Shown: positions 29,266 to 38,891 of the stretch, piece by piece
How the letters are laid out: each line of letters opens with the position of its first letter
How positions within the stretch are numbered: the first letter of the stretch is position 1
Origin: Candidatus Lustribacter sp.
GTDB lineage: Bacteria; Vulcanimicrobiota; Vulcanimicrobiia; Vulcanimicrobiales; Vulcanimicrobiaceae
DNA: 64,000 nt
Reading direction: 5' to 3'
Assembly (NCBI GenBank): GCA_965277805.1
Contig: OZ255842.1
Coordinates: forward strand, 4,416,001 to 4,480,000
Translations under genes and position numbers: made by a program
The notes under the pieces: generated by a model
Database searches by the model: none
Told to the model about the DNA's origin: nothing
Seen by the model: only the letters and a program-made list of their open reading frames with translations

Positions 29266-29329
29266 GGCCCAGCGTTTGTGAAGCGCAATGCCGCGCCCTC
29301 GTCGAAGCCAGATCGACCGGAGGCAGCCG

Positions 29330-30616
29330 ATGCTCAACGAAGCCGACAACCAGCTCCTTACGCAGACCAGTCCCCAGACGCCGATGGGCGCGTTCGTGCG
29401 CCGCTTTTGGCTCCCGTTTCTGCTCAGCGAGGAGCTCGCCGAACCCGATGGACCGCCGGTGCGCGTGCGCTTGCTGGGCGAAGACCTCATTGCATTCCGC
29501 GCGACGGACGGCAGCGTCGGCCTCGTGGACGCGTTCTGCCCGCACCGCCGCGCGCCGATGTTCTTTGGCCGCAACGAAGAGTGCGGGCTGCGCTGCGTGT
29601 ATCACGGCTGGAAGTTCGACGTGAGCGGCGCGTGCGTCGATATGCCCTCGGAGCCGCCCGACAGCCTGTTCAAGTCGAAGGTCGGCATTACGGCGTACCC
29701 GGTCCGCGATGCGCACGCCGTGCTGTGGGCTTATCTCGGTCCGCGCGACACGGCCGGCGATTTGCCGCATCTGGTCTGGATGGACCAGCCGAACGAGTAT
29801 CGTTTCATGGGGCGCTGGCTGCAGCGGTCCAACTTCGTGCAAGCGATTGAAGGCGAACTCGACTCGTCGCACCTGAGTTCATTGCACCAGCCGCTCGTGC
29901 CCGACCCGAAGCTGCCGCCGACCGCGGGCTTCGGAAAGTACGTCCGCGAGGACACGGCGCCGACGTGGACGATTCGCGAGCGCCCGTACGGACTGAGCGC
30001 GACCGCGCGGCGCCACGCTGACGGTACGCGCGGCTACTTTCGCACGAACCAGTTCTTGCTGCCGTTCGGATCGCTCATTTCACCCGATCACGGGCGCGCG
30101 CGGATGATGCGCTTCTGGGTTCCGCGCGACGACGAGACGACGCTGGTCATCGCCGTCAACTATCACGAAGACCGTCCGGTCTCCGAAGACGAAGCCGCCG
30201 GTTATCGCGCCGGCGAGTACGGCTTCTGCGTCGTGCGTCCGGGAACGGACTGGCCCGTGCCGGGCCCCGATAACGACTACCTCATGAGCCGCGAAGTGCA
30301 GCAGACGAAGACGACGACGGGCATCCCGGGGATCCGCGTTCAGGACTTGGCGATGGTCGAGGGAATGGGCGCGCGCGTCGACCGGCGCTTCGAACACCTC
30401 GGCACGAGCGACACCGCGATCATCGCGATGCGCCGGACGTTATTGGACGGCGCGCGTGCGCTCGCGAACGGCACGCCGCCCGTTGCGGCCGCGGGCGGCG
30501 ATCTCTACCGCGTGCGTTCGTGGTCGGCCGTCATCACCGATGACGAATTCACGGAGCAGATGGACGCCCTGCAGCAGCCGGAAGCTGAAGCGCGTCGTAC
30601 AGCCGTTCCGACGTAA
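29330..30616 (+). CDS. Rieske non-heme iron oxygenase (phthalate 4,5-dioxygenase/LigX type)
   Basis: CPHRRA..GRNEECGLRCVYHGWKFD, DSSHLSSLH, VQD, EHLGTSD; GGAGG RBS. Confidence 0.93.
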   Translation: MLNEADNQLLTQTSPQTPMGAFVRRFWLPFLLSEELAEPDGPPVRVRLLGEDLIAFRATDGSVGLVDAFCPHRRAPMFFGRNEECGLRCVYHGWKFDVSGACVDMPSEPPDSLFKSKVGITAYPVRDAHAVLWAYLGPRDTAGDLPHLVWMDQPNEYRFMGRWLQRSNFVQAIEGELDSSHLSSLHQPLVPDPKLPPTAGFGKYVREDTAPTWTIRERPYGLSATARRHADGTRGYFRTNQFLLPFGSLISPDHGRARMMRFWVPRDDETTLVIAVNYHEDRPVSEDEAAGYRAGEYGFCVVRPGTDWPVPGPDNDYLMSREVQQTKTTTGIPGIRVQDLAMVEGMGARVDRRFEHLGTSDTAIIAMRRTLLDGARALANGTPPVAAAGGDLYRVRSWSAVITDDEFTEQMDALQQPEAEARRTAVPT

Positions 30617-32777
30617 TTCCGAGCGCGGTGAGCCGCACGCCGCAGGCGGCTTCGATCGCGTTCGCAATTGCGGGCGCGACGCCGGCGGTGTTGAACTCGC
30701 CGGCAGCCTTGGCGCCGTACGCCCCCGGGCCGCCGGTCGGCGGCAACTGGATCACGCGGAACGGCGGCATGTCGCGCTGCGTCGGCAGCTTGTAGTCCGA
30801 CAGCGCGGCGTTCACGATGCGGCCTTCTTCGACAACGATCTCCTCGGTCAGCGCGCTGCCGAGACCCATGAGAAATCCGCCGTCGATTTGCCCGCGGTGC
30901 GCGATCGGGTTGATGATCTGCCCGACGTCGGCCACGAACACGATCTCGTTCACCTTGATCGTTCCGGTGTCGGCGTCGATCGAAACGTCGGCGCCATACA
31001 CGCCGAAATTCAGATACATATCATGACCCGGCGAATGCACTTGCGATCCTGAAGCGGTGATGGTGACCGGACCATCTTTGGTCACCGCACGAACGGCCTC
31101 GTTCCACGGGAGACGATCCACACCGGCCTCCGTGAAGAGCGCGCGTATTTTGTTCGCGGCATCGACGGCGGTGTGACTGAGGATGTTCGTGCCCTTGCTG
31201 CCGCCGATACCGGGATCGAGCGGAACGTCGCGCGTGTTACCGCGCGTCACGGTGACCTGCTCGGAATCGATACCGAGCTCGGCGGCGATGATGCGCTGGA
31301 TGACGGTGTGCTGGCCGACGCCGGGTTCCACTGCGCCGGTCTGCACGGCGAGAATGCCGTCGGGCTGCACGGTAACGAGAAAACTCGTTGCGCCGCCGGC
31401 GATGTGCCGCGCGCTCAGCGCCAGCCCCCGACCGCGGCCGGGCGGAAGCGCGTCGTACCAGTGCATCTCCTCGCGCAAGGCGGCCAGTACTTCGCGCGAA
31501 CGCGTTTCGACGGCCGGGTTCCCTTCGATGTCGGTGTCGCCGTCGGCGATCGCGTTCTTCAGCCGGAACTCGAGCGGATCGATCCGCAGTTCGTGTGCGA
31601 CGATATCGACCATCGACTCGAGCGCAAAGATGATCTGCACGTCGCCGGGTGCGCGTAAGAATGCGGCCGGTACCGTGTTGGTGTACACGGCGGCGCGCTC
31701 CATCCGCATGTTATCGAGTTTGTACGGCATTTTCGGCGGCCGTCCGGGCAGCACGCCCGGTGCCGGCTTCTGCGCGCCGTACGCGCCGCCGTCGAAGATC
31801 GTCGTGAACTCGAGCGCCTGCATGATCCCATCGTTGGTCGTTGCGATCCGGACCGTGGTCGTCGACGCGTGACGCACGTGGCTCGAGCGCACGTCTTCAA
31901 GATACGTGCGGACGTGTTTGATCGGCCGGCCCGTCGCGCGCGCGAGGAACGCCAGCGGCGGTACCTCGATCGCGAGACCTTTGGCGCCGAATTCTCCGCC
32001 GATGTAACTCGGCTCGACGATGACCTTATCCTTATCGACCTCGAGCACTTGCGCCATGATGTCGCGGAGTTTGAACGGACCCTTGTGACTCGAAACGACG
32101 TGGAGCACGCCGTCGCCGTCGAACCAGACCAGCGTTGCGCGCGGTTCGAGATAGCCGGCGTGATAGCGCGGCGTCGTAAACGTACGCTCGAAAACGCGAT
32201 CGGCTTTGGCGAATGCGGCTTCCGGATCGCCCTTCACGTGGATCTCGTGGCCTTGCATGTTCGGGTGCGGCATCGGCGAGCGCGGCGGTCCGAGGTACTT
32301 GAACGTGGCGACGTTCGCGTGCGTGAGCGGCGCATCGGGCTTGATGGCAGCGATCGCGTCGAGTTGCGCCGGCAGTTCCTCGTAGGTGACGTCGAGCTGA
32401 GCGGCCCCTTCGATGGCCGCTTCACGCGTCTCGGCTGCGATCGCAGCGACGAATTCGCCGACGAACGTGACCTCGCCGTACGCGAGCACGGGCCAATCGT
32501 TGATGAGGTTGCCGAAGCGGCGCTCGCCGACGTCTTGACCCGTGATCACGGCGACCACGCCCGGAACCGCTAACGCCGCAGTTTTGTCGATCGCGACGAT
32601 CTTGGCGTGGGGGTAGGGCGACTCGGCGAACGCGGCCCAGAGCATCCCTTCGCGCGACATGTCGGCGGTGTACATCGCCTCACCGCGGACTTTGATGTCG
32701 CCGTCGATGCGCTCTTCGTCGCGGCTGAAAAAGGTGCGGATAGCCTGGGCGGCGTCGGTAACCGTGGTCGTAGACAT
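30549..32777 (-). CDS. Xanthine dehydrogenase family Mo-binding subunit (orphan)
   Basis: SPYPHAKI, GGEFGAKG, LRAPG, GQIDGG, GAKAAGE. Confidence 0.9.
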   Translation of the reverse strand: MSTTTVTDAAQAIRTFFSRDEERIDGDIKVRGEAMYTADMSREGMLWAAFAESPYPHAKIVAIDKTAALAVPGVVAVITGQDVGERRFGNLINDWPVLAYGEVTFVGEFVAAIAAETREAAIEGAAQLDVTYEELPAQLDAIAAIKPDAPLTHANVATFKYLGPPRSPMPHPNMQGHEIHVKGDPEAAFAKADRVFERTFTTPRYHAGYLEPRATLVWFDGDGVLHVVSSHKGPFKLRDIMAQVLEVDKDKVIVEPSYIGGEFGAKGLAIEVPPLAFLARATGRPIKHVRTYLEDVRSSHVRHASTTTVRIATTNDGIMQALEFTTIFDGGAYGAQKPAPGVLPGRPPKMPYKLDNMRMERAAVYTNTVPAAFLRAPGDVQIIFALESMVDIVAHELRIDPLEFRLKNAIADGDTDIEGNPAVETRSREVLAALREEMHWYDALPPGRGRGLALSARHIAGGATSFLVTVQPDGILAVQTGAVEPGVGQHTVIQRIIAAELGIDSEQVTVTRGNTRDVPLDPGIGGSKGTNILSHTAVDAANKIRALFTEAGVDRLPWNEAVRAVTKDGPVTITASGSQVHSPGHDMYLNFGVYGADVSIDADTGTIKVNEIVFVADVGQIINPIAHRGQIDGGFLMGLGSALTEEIVVEEGRIVNAALSDYKLPTQRDMPPFRVIQLPPTGGPGAYGAKAAGEFNTAGVAPAIANAIEAACGVRLTALGITSERLYDALQLPAAAGRPSAP

Positions 32778-32906
32778 GGGCCAGAAGCGTTGGCGATATC
32801 GGCCATAAATTCCGCGTCCCGGGGCCGGGCGGGTCACCGGAGCGTTATATACGGGGCCCTATAGCCGTCCCGGGGCCCGAGGGGCCGAGCGCGAAATCGC
32901 CTACGC

Positions 32907-33797
32907 GTGGACGACGTAACGCTTATCAACGGCGCGGGCAGTCGCGTTTCGCTGACACCGGTTGGTGCGGCGATGACCGCGATCGTCGTGCCCGATCGCA
33001 ACGGCAACGGCGTGAACGTGTGTGCCGAGGCCGGCGGCAGCGCGGGGAAGATCATCGGGCGTTATGCGAACCGGATTGCGCGCGGATCGTTCGCGCTTGA
33101 CGGCACGACGTACAAGCTCGACACGAACGAAGGCCGGAACACGCTGCACGGCGGTCCCGACGGATTCTCCAAACGGACGTGGGACGTCGCCGACCAATCG
33201 CCCGCCAGCGTGACGTTCGTGCTGCACAGCCCGGACGGTGATCAAGGTTTTCCCGGCGCGGTCAAATGCCGGGTTCGCTATACGTGGTCCGACGACAACG
33301 CCATACGCATCGACTACACGGCGACGACGAGTAAACCGACGGTCGTCAATCTCACCAATCACGTGTACTTCAACCTGAGCGGCGATTCGACCCAACCGAT
33401 TTCGACGTATCGCGTGCAACTAGCCGCCTCCGCGTACACGCCGGTTGACGATGAGTCAATTTCGACCGGTGCGATCGCCCCGGTGGATGCGACGCGCGAT
33501 TTTCGCACCGAACGCGCGGTCGGTACGGAACGTTATGACTGCAATTTCGTGATCGACGGCTGGGACGGTTCGTTGCGCTATGCTGCAACGGTGAGCGATC
33601 CGGCGTCCGGCCGAACGATTGTGCTCGAAACGACGCAGCCCGGAATGCAACTCTTCACCGGGAAACCTGGCGCAATCGCGCTCGAAACACAGCACTTCGC
33701 CGACGCGCCGAACCATCCGAACTTTCCGAGCACGACCTTGCGCCCCGGCGAGACATTTACATCGACGACCGTCTACCGGTTCGGGATCGCTCGCTAA
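32907..33797 (+). CDS. galM: Aldose 1-epimerase (mutarotase)
   Basis: GRYANRI, LHGG, GDQGFPG, TNHVYFNL, ALETQ. Confidence 0.9.
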   Translation: MDDVTLINGAGSRVSLTPVGAAMTAIVVPDRNGNGVNVCAEAGGSAGKIIGRYANRIARGSFALDGTTYKLDTNEGRNTLHGGPDGFSKRTWDVADQSPASVTFVLHSPDGDQGFPGAVKCRVRYTWSDDNAIRIDYTATTSKPTVVNLTNHVYFNLSGDSTQPISTYRVQLAASAYTPVDDESISTGAIAPVDATRDFRTERAVGTERYDCNFVIDGWDGSLRYAATVSDPASGRTIVLETTQPGMQLFTGKPGAIALETQHFADAPNHPNFPSTTLRPGETFTSTTVYRFGIAR

Positions 33798-34951
33798 CGG
33801 CGCGCCGGCTTACGCGCGCTCGCCAAACGCGCGCCTTCAACAAGAGCCTCGAATTTCGCCCAGACGATTTGCGGGAGAATCTCCGGCTTTTCACTCGGAT
33901 GCGTCGCAAAGCCGCAGTCGGCGCCGGCGATGACGCTTTCCGCACCGACGACGTCGACAAAGCGCCCGATCCGCTGCGCGACCAGCTCCGGATGCTCGAC
34001 CAAGACCGACGTATGCGTGATGATGCCGGGAATGAGCACCTTTCCCTCGGGCAGCTTCACGTCTTCCCAGACTTGCCATTCGTGTTCGTGCCGCGGATTC
34101 GCCGCCTCGAACGAATACGCGTCGGCCCGAATCTTCAGCATGAGCCGCGCCATGTGCTTCATCTCGAGATCGGTCGTGCGCGGTCCCATGTTGATTCCGT
34201 AACACGTGTGATAGCGCACGCGGTCCGGCGGAATGTCGCGCAGCGCGTGGTTGAGGATCTCCACGCGCGTTTCGCCCCACGCTAAGAACTCATCGATGCT
34301 TGCGTCGGGATTTCGCGTGTAATACGTTGAGAGCGACGGATCGTCGACTTGCAGAATGAATCCGGCATCGACGATCATCTTGTATTCGGCGTGCAATGCT
34401 TCGGCGATCGCGCGCGCGTAGTCGTCCTGCGAGGGATAGTACTCGTTCTTGAACCAGCGCTCGACGTTCGCGGGCGAGGTTGCCGGCATGAACGCTTCGG
34501 CGGCGCCAGGTGTTGCGGCCAACGCGGCTTTGAGGTTATCGATATCGGTCTGGAGCGAAGCCGGCTGATACACGAGCGGACCGCGGCACACCGTCGGCCG
34601 GACGAACGCCATGGCGTAGCTCTTGTAGTACTCGGGATACAGCGAGAACTCGCGCGAGCCGCTGAACGACGACGTCGACGTGCTGGCCTCTTGCGTGACG
34701 AACCCGTCGATGCGCTCGGTGATGTACGCGATGAAGCCGATCTTGGATTCTTCGCCATCGTCGATCACGTCGATTCCGAGTTCGGTCTGTTTGCGAACGA
34801 TGTCGGCGACGCCCTTGCGCACCGTGCGATCGAACACCGCACGGTCGTAGGGTCGGCCCGCTTCTTTCGATTGCAGCAGTTCGATGAGGTCATCGGGACG
34901 CGGCAAACTGCCGACGTGCGTGGTGAGGATGCGATCGGTGCTCGTCTTCAT
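33794..34951 (-). CDS. Cobalamin-independent methionine synthase II (MetE C-terminal domain only) family protein
   Basis: TTHVGSLPRP, DGE, HTCYG, FEAAN, DCGF (Zn ligands). Confidence 0.9.
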   Translation of the reverse strand: MKTSTDRILTTHVGSLPRPDDLIELLQSKEAGRPYDRAVFDRTVRKGVADIVRKQTELGIDVIDDGEESKIGFIAYITERIDGFVTQEASTSTSSFSGSREFSLYPEYYKSYAMAFVRPTVCRGPLVYQPASLQTDIDNLKAALAATPGAAEAFMPATSPANVERWFKNEYYPSQDDYARAIAEALHAEYKMIVDAGFILQVDDPSLSTYYTRNPDASIDEFLAWGETRVEILNHALRDIPPDRVRYHTCYGINMGPRTTDLEMKHMARLMLKIRADAYSFEAANPRHEHEWQVWEDVKLPEGKVLIPGIITHTSVLVEHPELVAQRIGRFVDVVGAESVIAGADCGFATHPSEKPEILPQIVWAKFEALVEGARLASARKPARR

Positions 34952-36501
34952 ACACGTATCTTATCGCCGCACCACGTCAAAAGAGCTTCTTGCAGCGCGC
35001 GTGTTGCCGTCTCCGTTGATTGGCCGGAGCTTGCGGCCCATGCAACGTGGGCGTCGGGGCGAAGCAACAGCGCGTCGGCCTGCCGGTCTTGGGTTTCGGC
35101 GGCAAGCACGTCGATGCGCGGCTGCCATTCGCGCGCGGCCGCGCGGAGATCCGAGCGGCCGGCCAGATCGAGCAAGACGGGCCGTGCGGACTGCATGAGC
35201 GCGGCGACGCTGGTTGTGCCTGCGGCGGTCTGCAGGGCGAGGTTGGGCGCGAACGTGCCCGTCAAGGCGTGGACTCCGTCGGCCGGTGCCGGATAGCGGG
35301 TGTCGGTGCCGGCGATGAATGCACCGATGCGGCGCAAGGGCTGTTCGTCAGCGAGCAGTTCCGTGAACAGCTGCCGCAGCGCGTCGGCGGCCGGGTCGTG
35401 TCCGCGCCGCAGGGCGACTTAAGCGCGCGTGTGGAGCAGCGTGCGTTCGCCGGCGCGATGACGTTCATCGTGGTAAGTGTCGAGCAGACCCGCCGGCGCC
35501 CAGCCATGGATCGCCGCGGCCAGCTTCCAGCCGAGGTTGACGCTATCGATCATGCCGGCGTTGAGCGCGACGCCGGGGGCGGGGAAGAGATGCGCGGCGT
35601 CACCGGCCATGAGGATGCGGCCCTCCCGGTAGCGCTCGACGTGTCGCGCGTGAAACGTGAAGCGCGTGAGCCGGACCGGTTCGCCCAAGGGCAGATCGAC
35701 GCCGAGCACGCGGCGGATGCTCTGTTGGAGCTCGCTCAGCGTCAGCGGTTCGTCGTCGTTGTAGCCGCCGGACTCATCTTCGCTCGTGAAGAGCCCCAAG
35801 AGTCCGGGCTTGGTCGACCCTTGGGCGAAGATGCCGTGCTCGGTCGGCGTGAATCCGAAGGCGATTCTCCCGATTCCGGCGACCTCGATGTCGCCGTTGT
35901 CGAGTGCGGTCACCGAATCGGGCATGGTGACCGAAGCGAGCCGGTTGACCTCGGGATACGTGATGCCGGGGAACGGGATACCGGCCATCTCGCGGACGCA
36001 GCTGTACGCGCCGTCGCAGCCCACGAGAAATCGCGCGGTCACTTGATAGGGTCCGTCGGGGCCGCGCACGTCCGCGGCTACGACGGCGTCATCCTGGCTG
36101 AGCCCGGCGACTTCGTGTCCGCGGCGGATCTCTGCGCCGCGCTCGGCCGCGAGTTCGTCGAGCACGCGCTCGAGTTTCGGTTGGGGAAGATGCAACAGCT
36201 CCATCGCGGGAACGGCGAGCGAGGTGAAGTCCACGTGCAAGCCGCCGAACGGCAATTGCGCCGCTGGGACGGGATGGCTGCTGGCGGCGGCTTCGAAGCG
36301 CCCGAGCACGCCGCGGTAGCGCAACAGGTCCACGATCTGTCCGCTAAGCCCGCCGGCTTTCGCCACGTCGCGAATCTGTGCGTGCCGCTCGAGCACGAGC
36401 GCTCGCACGCCGCACAGGCGCAGTTCGCCCGCCAGCATCAGCCCTGTTGGGCCGGCACCGACCACGATCACATCGGTGTCATAACCGTTTCGTTTAGACA
36501 T
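34948..36501 (-). pseudogene. FAD-dependent monooxygenase (rifampin monooxygenase/aromatic hydroxylase-like) interrupted by an in-frame stop
   Basis: VGAGPTG, VGCDG, GDAAH; TAA at 35419-35421, after which the same frame continues to LLRPDAHVAWA and a stop at 34948. Confidence 0.85.
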
Positions 36502-36593
36502 AGGCAGCGATTATGCGCCGGCACGGGGGGCTTGCCGCAAGCCCCCACCCGTGCGGTACAATGAGAGTAGAAGAGATTCGCGAAGCGACGCGC

Positions 36594-37421
36594 ATGGCTG
36601 AGATCGTCTGTGCGATCGGCGTGCCGCATACGCCGCAATATCCCGGCTTGGTGAAGCGGGAGGGGCCGGAATGCGAGGTTGCCCGTCTTTTCCGAGCCGT
36701 GCGCGAGCAACTCGAGGCCGTGCAGCCAGACGTGCTGGTCGTGTACGATTCCGATCACGTCAACACGTTCTTCTTCGATAACTGGCCTACGTTTGCGATC
36801 GGCGCCGAAGCAAAGATCGAAGGACCGAACGACGATAATACCGATTTGCCGCACGCCGTGATCCCCGGCGACGAAGCCTTGGGAATGCAGTTGTACTCCG
36901 GCGGCATGGCGGCGGGCTTCGATTTCTCGCTCACGCAGCGGTTCACGATCGATCATTCGATCATGGTGCCGCTGCACTTCATCACGCCGAAATTGAACGT
37001 GCCGATCGTGCCGATCTTCATCAATGGCGTGCAGCCGCCGTTGCCCGCCGCGAAACGGTGCTTCGCGCTCGGCGAAGCAGTGCGTACTGCGATCGAGGCC
37101 TGGCCGCGCAACGTTCGCGTCGCCATCGTTGCAAGCGGCAGCTTTTCGCTCGATGTCGGCGGCGCGATGACGGGGCACGGCAAACGCGCAGGCGTGCCGG
37201 ATCAAATTTGGGTACAACGCGCGGCCACGCTCATGAGTGCGGGCAAGATCAACCAATTGCTCGAGGAAACGACGGCCGATCAGATGGCGCACGCGGGGAA
37301 CGTCGGCGGTGAGATTCTGAATTGGATCGCGCTGCTCGGCACACTCAATGGCCGCAAGCCATCGTTTATGGAGCCGCAAGTTTCCGAAGGTCACGCCTAC
37401 GGCGTTTGGCGCTGGGACTGA
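36594..37421 (+). CDS. Class III extradiol dioxygenase catalytic subunit (LigB-like)
   Basis: GVPHTP, SDHVNTFF, IDHSIMVPL, IVASGSFS, EILNW. Confidence 0.9.
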   Translation: MAEIVCAIGVPHTPQYPGLVKREGPECEVARLFRAVREQLEAVQPDVLVVYDSDHVNTFFFDNWPTFAIGAEAKIEGPNDDNTDLPHAVIPGDEALGMQLYSGGMAAGFDFSLTQRFTIDHSIMVPLHFITPKLNVPIVPIFINGVQPPLPAAKRCFALGEAVRTAIEAWPRNVRVAIVASGSFSLDVGGAMTGHGKRAGVPDQIWVQRAATLMSAGKINQLLEETTADQMAHAGNVGGEILNWIALLGTLNGRKPSFMEPQVSEGHAYGVWRWD

Positions 37422-37423
37422 TC

Positions 37424-37693
37424 GTGAGCAGATACGCCATCAACGAGATTTGCTATCGCTGCGCGCACGACAAGCCGTTTCGCGCCGCTATGCAAGCCGA
37501 TCCGGCAGCCGCCATTGCCGAACTCGATCTGACGGACGAAGAACGGACCGCGGTACTGACCGGCGACGTCGGCACGCTCTATCTTCACGGCGCGAACACC
37601 TACCTGCTCTTTCACTTGCTGCGCTATAAGATCGTGGGCTTGACGCTGGAATCGTATCAGGCGAGTCTCTTCCCCGCTGCGGGGACCGCTTAG
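37424..37693 (+). CDS. LigA-like small subunit of extradiol dioxygenase
   Basis: SRYAINE, DLTDEERTAV..GDV..LY.HGANTYLL; 2 nt after the ligB-like stop. Confidence 0.8.
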   Translation: MSRYAINEICYRCAHDKPFRAAMQADPAAAIAELDLTDEERTAVLTGDVGTLYLHGANTYLLFHLLRYKIVGLTLESYQASLFPAAGTA

Positions 37694-37695
37694 CC

Positions 37696-38889
37696 GTGGC
37701 CGACGCGACGGTCGACGTGGATCCGATCGATCGCGTCCGCGATCTCGCGCCGCTCATCGAAGCGGCGATCCCGCGCATCGACGCGGAATGCCGGTTGCCG
37801 CCCGAATTGCACGCCGCGTTACGCGACGCGGGCATGTACCGTTTACTGGTGCCGCGTTCGTGCGGCGGCGGCGAAGTCGACCTGATGACGTACGCAGCAG
37901 TCCTCGAGGCGCTGGCGATGATCGACGCGAGCACGGCGTGGGTGATCGGTCAGCTGAACGGCTGCGGCATGTCGGCTGCCTACGTCGCGCCCGACGTTGC
38001 GCGCGAGATCTTCGATGCGCCCGAAGGCATTCTCGCCTGGGGCCCGGCGCTGCCGGATACGACCGCGCGCGGCGACGTAGTCGAGGGCGGTTATCGCGTC
38101 ACGGCGAGCTGGCAGTTCGCCAGCGGCAGCCGGCAAGCGAGTTGGCTCGGCGGCAGCGTTCCCGTCTTCGAAGCCGACGGTTCGCCGCGAAAGGCGCCGA
38201 ACGGCCGAACCGAATCGCGCATGATGCTCTTCCCGAAGTCGAGCGCTGCGATCACCGACGTCTGGAGCGTGATCGGCTTGCGCGGAACGGGTAGCGACCA
38301 GTACGCGGTGACCGAGCTGTTCGTCCCGGCGTGCCGCACCTTCATCCGCGAGCGCGTCGCAACGCGCGAGCCGGGTCCGCTCTATCGCGTGTCGACGATT
38401 TATTCGCACGCCGTTGCGTTCGCGGCGGTCGCGCTCGGTGTCGCGCGCGCGACCCTCGATGCCTTCGTGGAACTGGCCAAAACGAAACAGCCTCGGCGCG
38501 GCGGGGGCGCCGGCGGTGGCCTGCGCGACAACAACGCCGTGCAGGCGCGCGTGGGCGAGGCCGAAGCACGGTTGCGCGCGGCGCGAGCGTATCTATTTGC
38601 TGCGACCGAACGCGGCTACCGCGAAGCAGAGACCATGACGGCCGGACAGATCGGTGTTGAATCGCGTATCGATATGCGCGCGGCGTCGACGTTCGCGATC
38701 GGTGCCGCCGAAGAGGTCGTCGATATCGCATACCGGATGGCGGGCTCGACCGCAATTTTCGACGCCCAGCCGTTCGAGCGCCGGCTGCGCGACATGCACG
38801 CGGTCACGCAGCAGGCCCAAGCCCATCTTTCAAACTACGAATCGGTCGGCCAGTACCGGCTCGACGTGCCGATGACGTTGATGATCTAA
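37696..38889 (+). CDS. Acyl-CoA-dehydrogenase-fold flavin monooxygenase (HsaA/HpaH-like oxygenase component)
   Basis: DASTAW, WQFASG, WSVIGLRGTGS, ERRLRDMHAVTQ. Confidence 0.88.
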   Translation: MADATVDVDPIDRVRDLAPLIEAAIPRIDAECRLPPELHAALRDAGMYRLLVPRSCGGGEVDLMTYAAVLEALAMIDASTAWVIGQLNGCGMSAAYVAPDVAREIFDAPEGILAWGPALPDTTARGDVVEGGYRVTASWQFASGSRQASWLGGSVPVFEADGSPRKAPNGRTESRMMLFPKSSAAITDVWSVIGLRGTGSDQYAVTELFVPACRTFIRERVATREPGPLYRVSTIYSHAVAFAAVALGVARATLDAFVELAKTKQPRRGGGAGGGLRDNNAVQARVGEAEARLRAARAYLFAATERGYREAETMTAGQIGVESRIDMRAASTFAIGAAEEVVDIAYRMAGSTAIFDAQPFERRLRDMHAVTQQAQAHLSNYESVGQYRLDVPMTLMI

Positions 38890-38891
38890 AC

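Noticed and set aside
33794-34951. Calling the gene metE
   Set aside because: Only the C-terminal Zn domain (385 aa) is present, and this family includes enzymes with other functions
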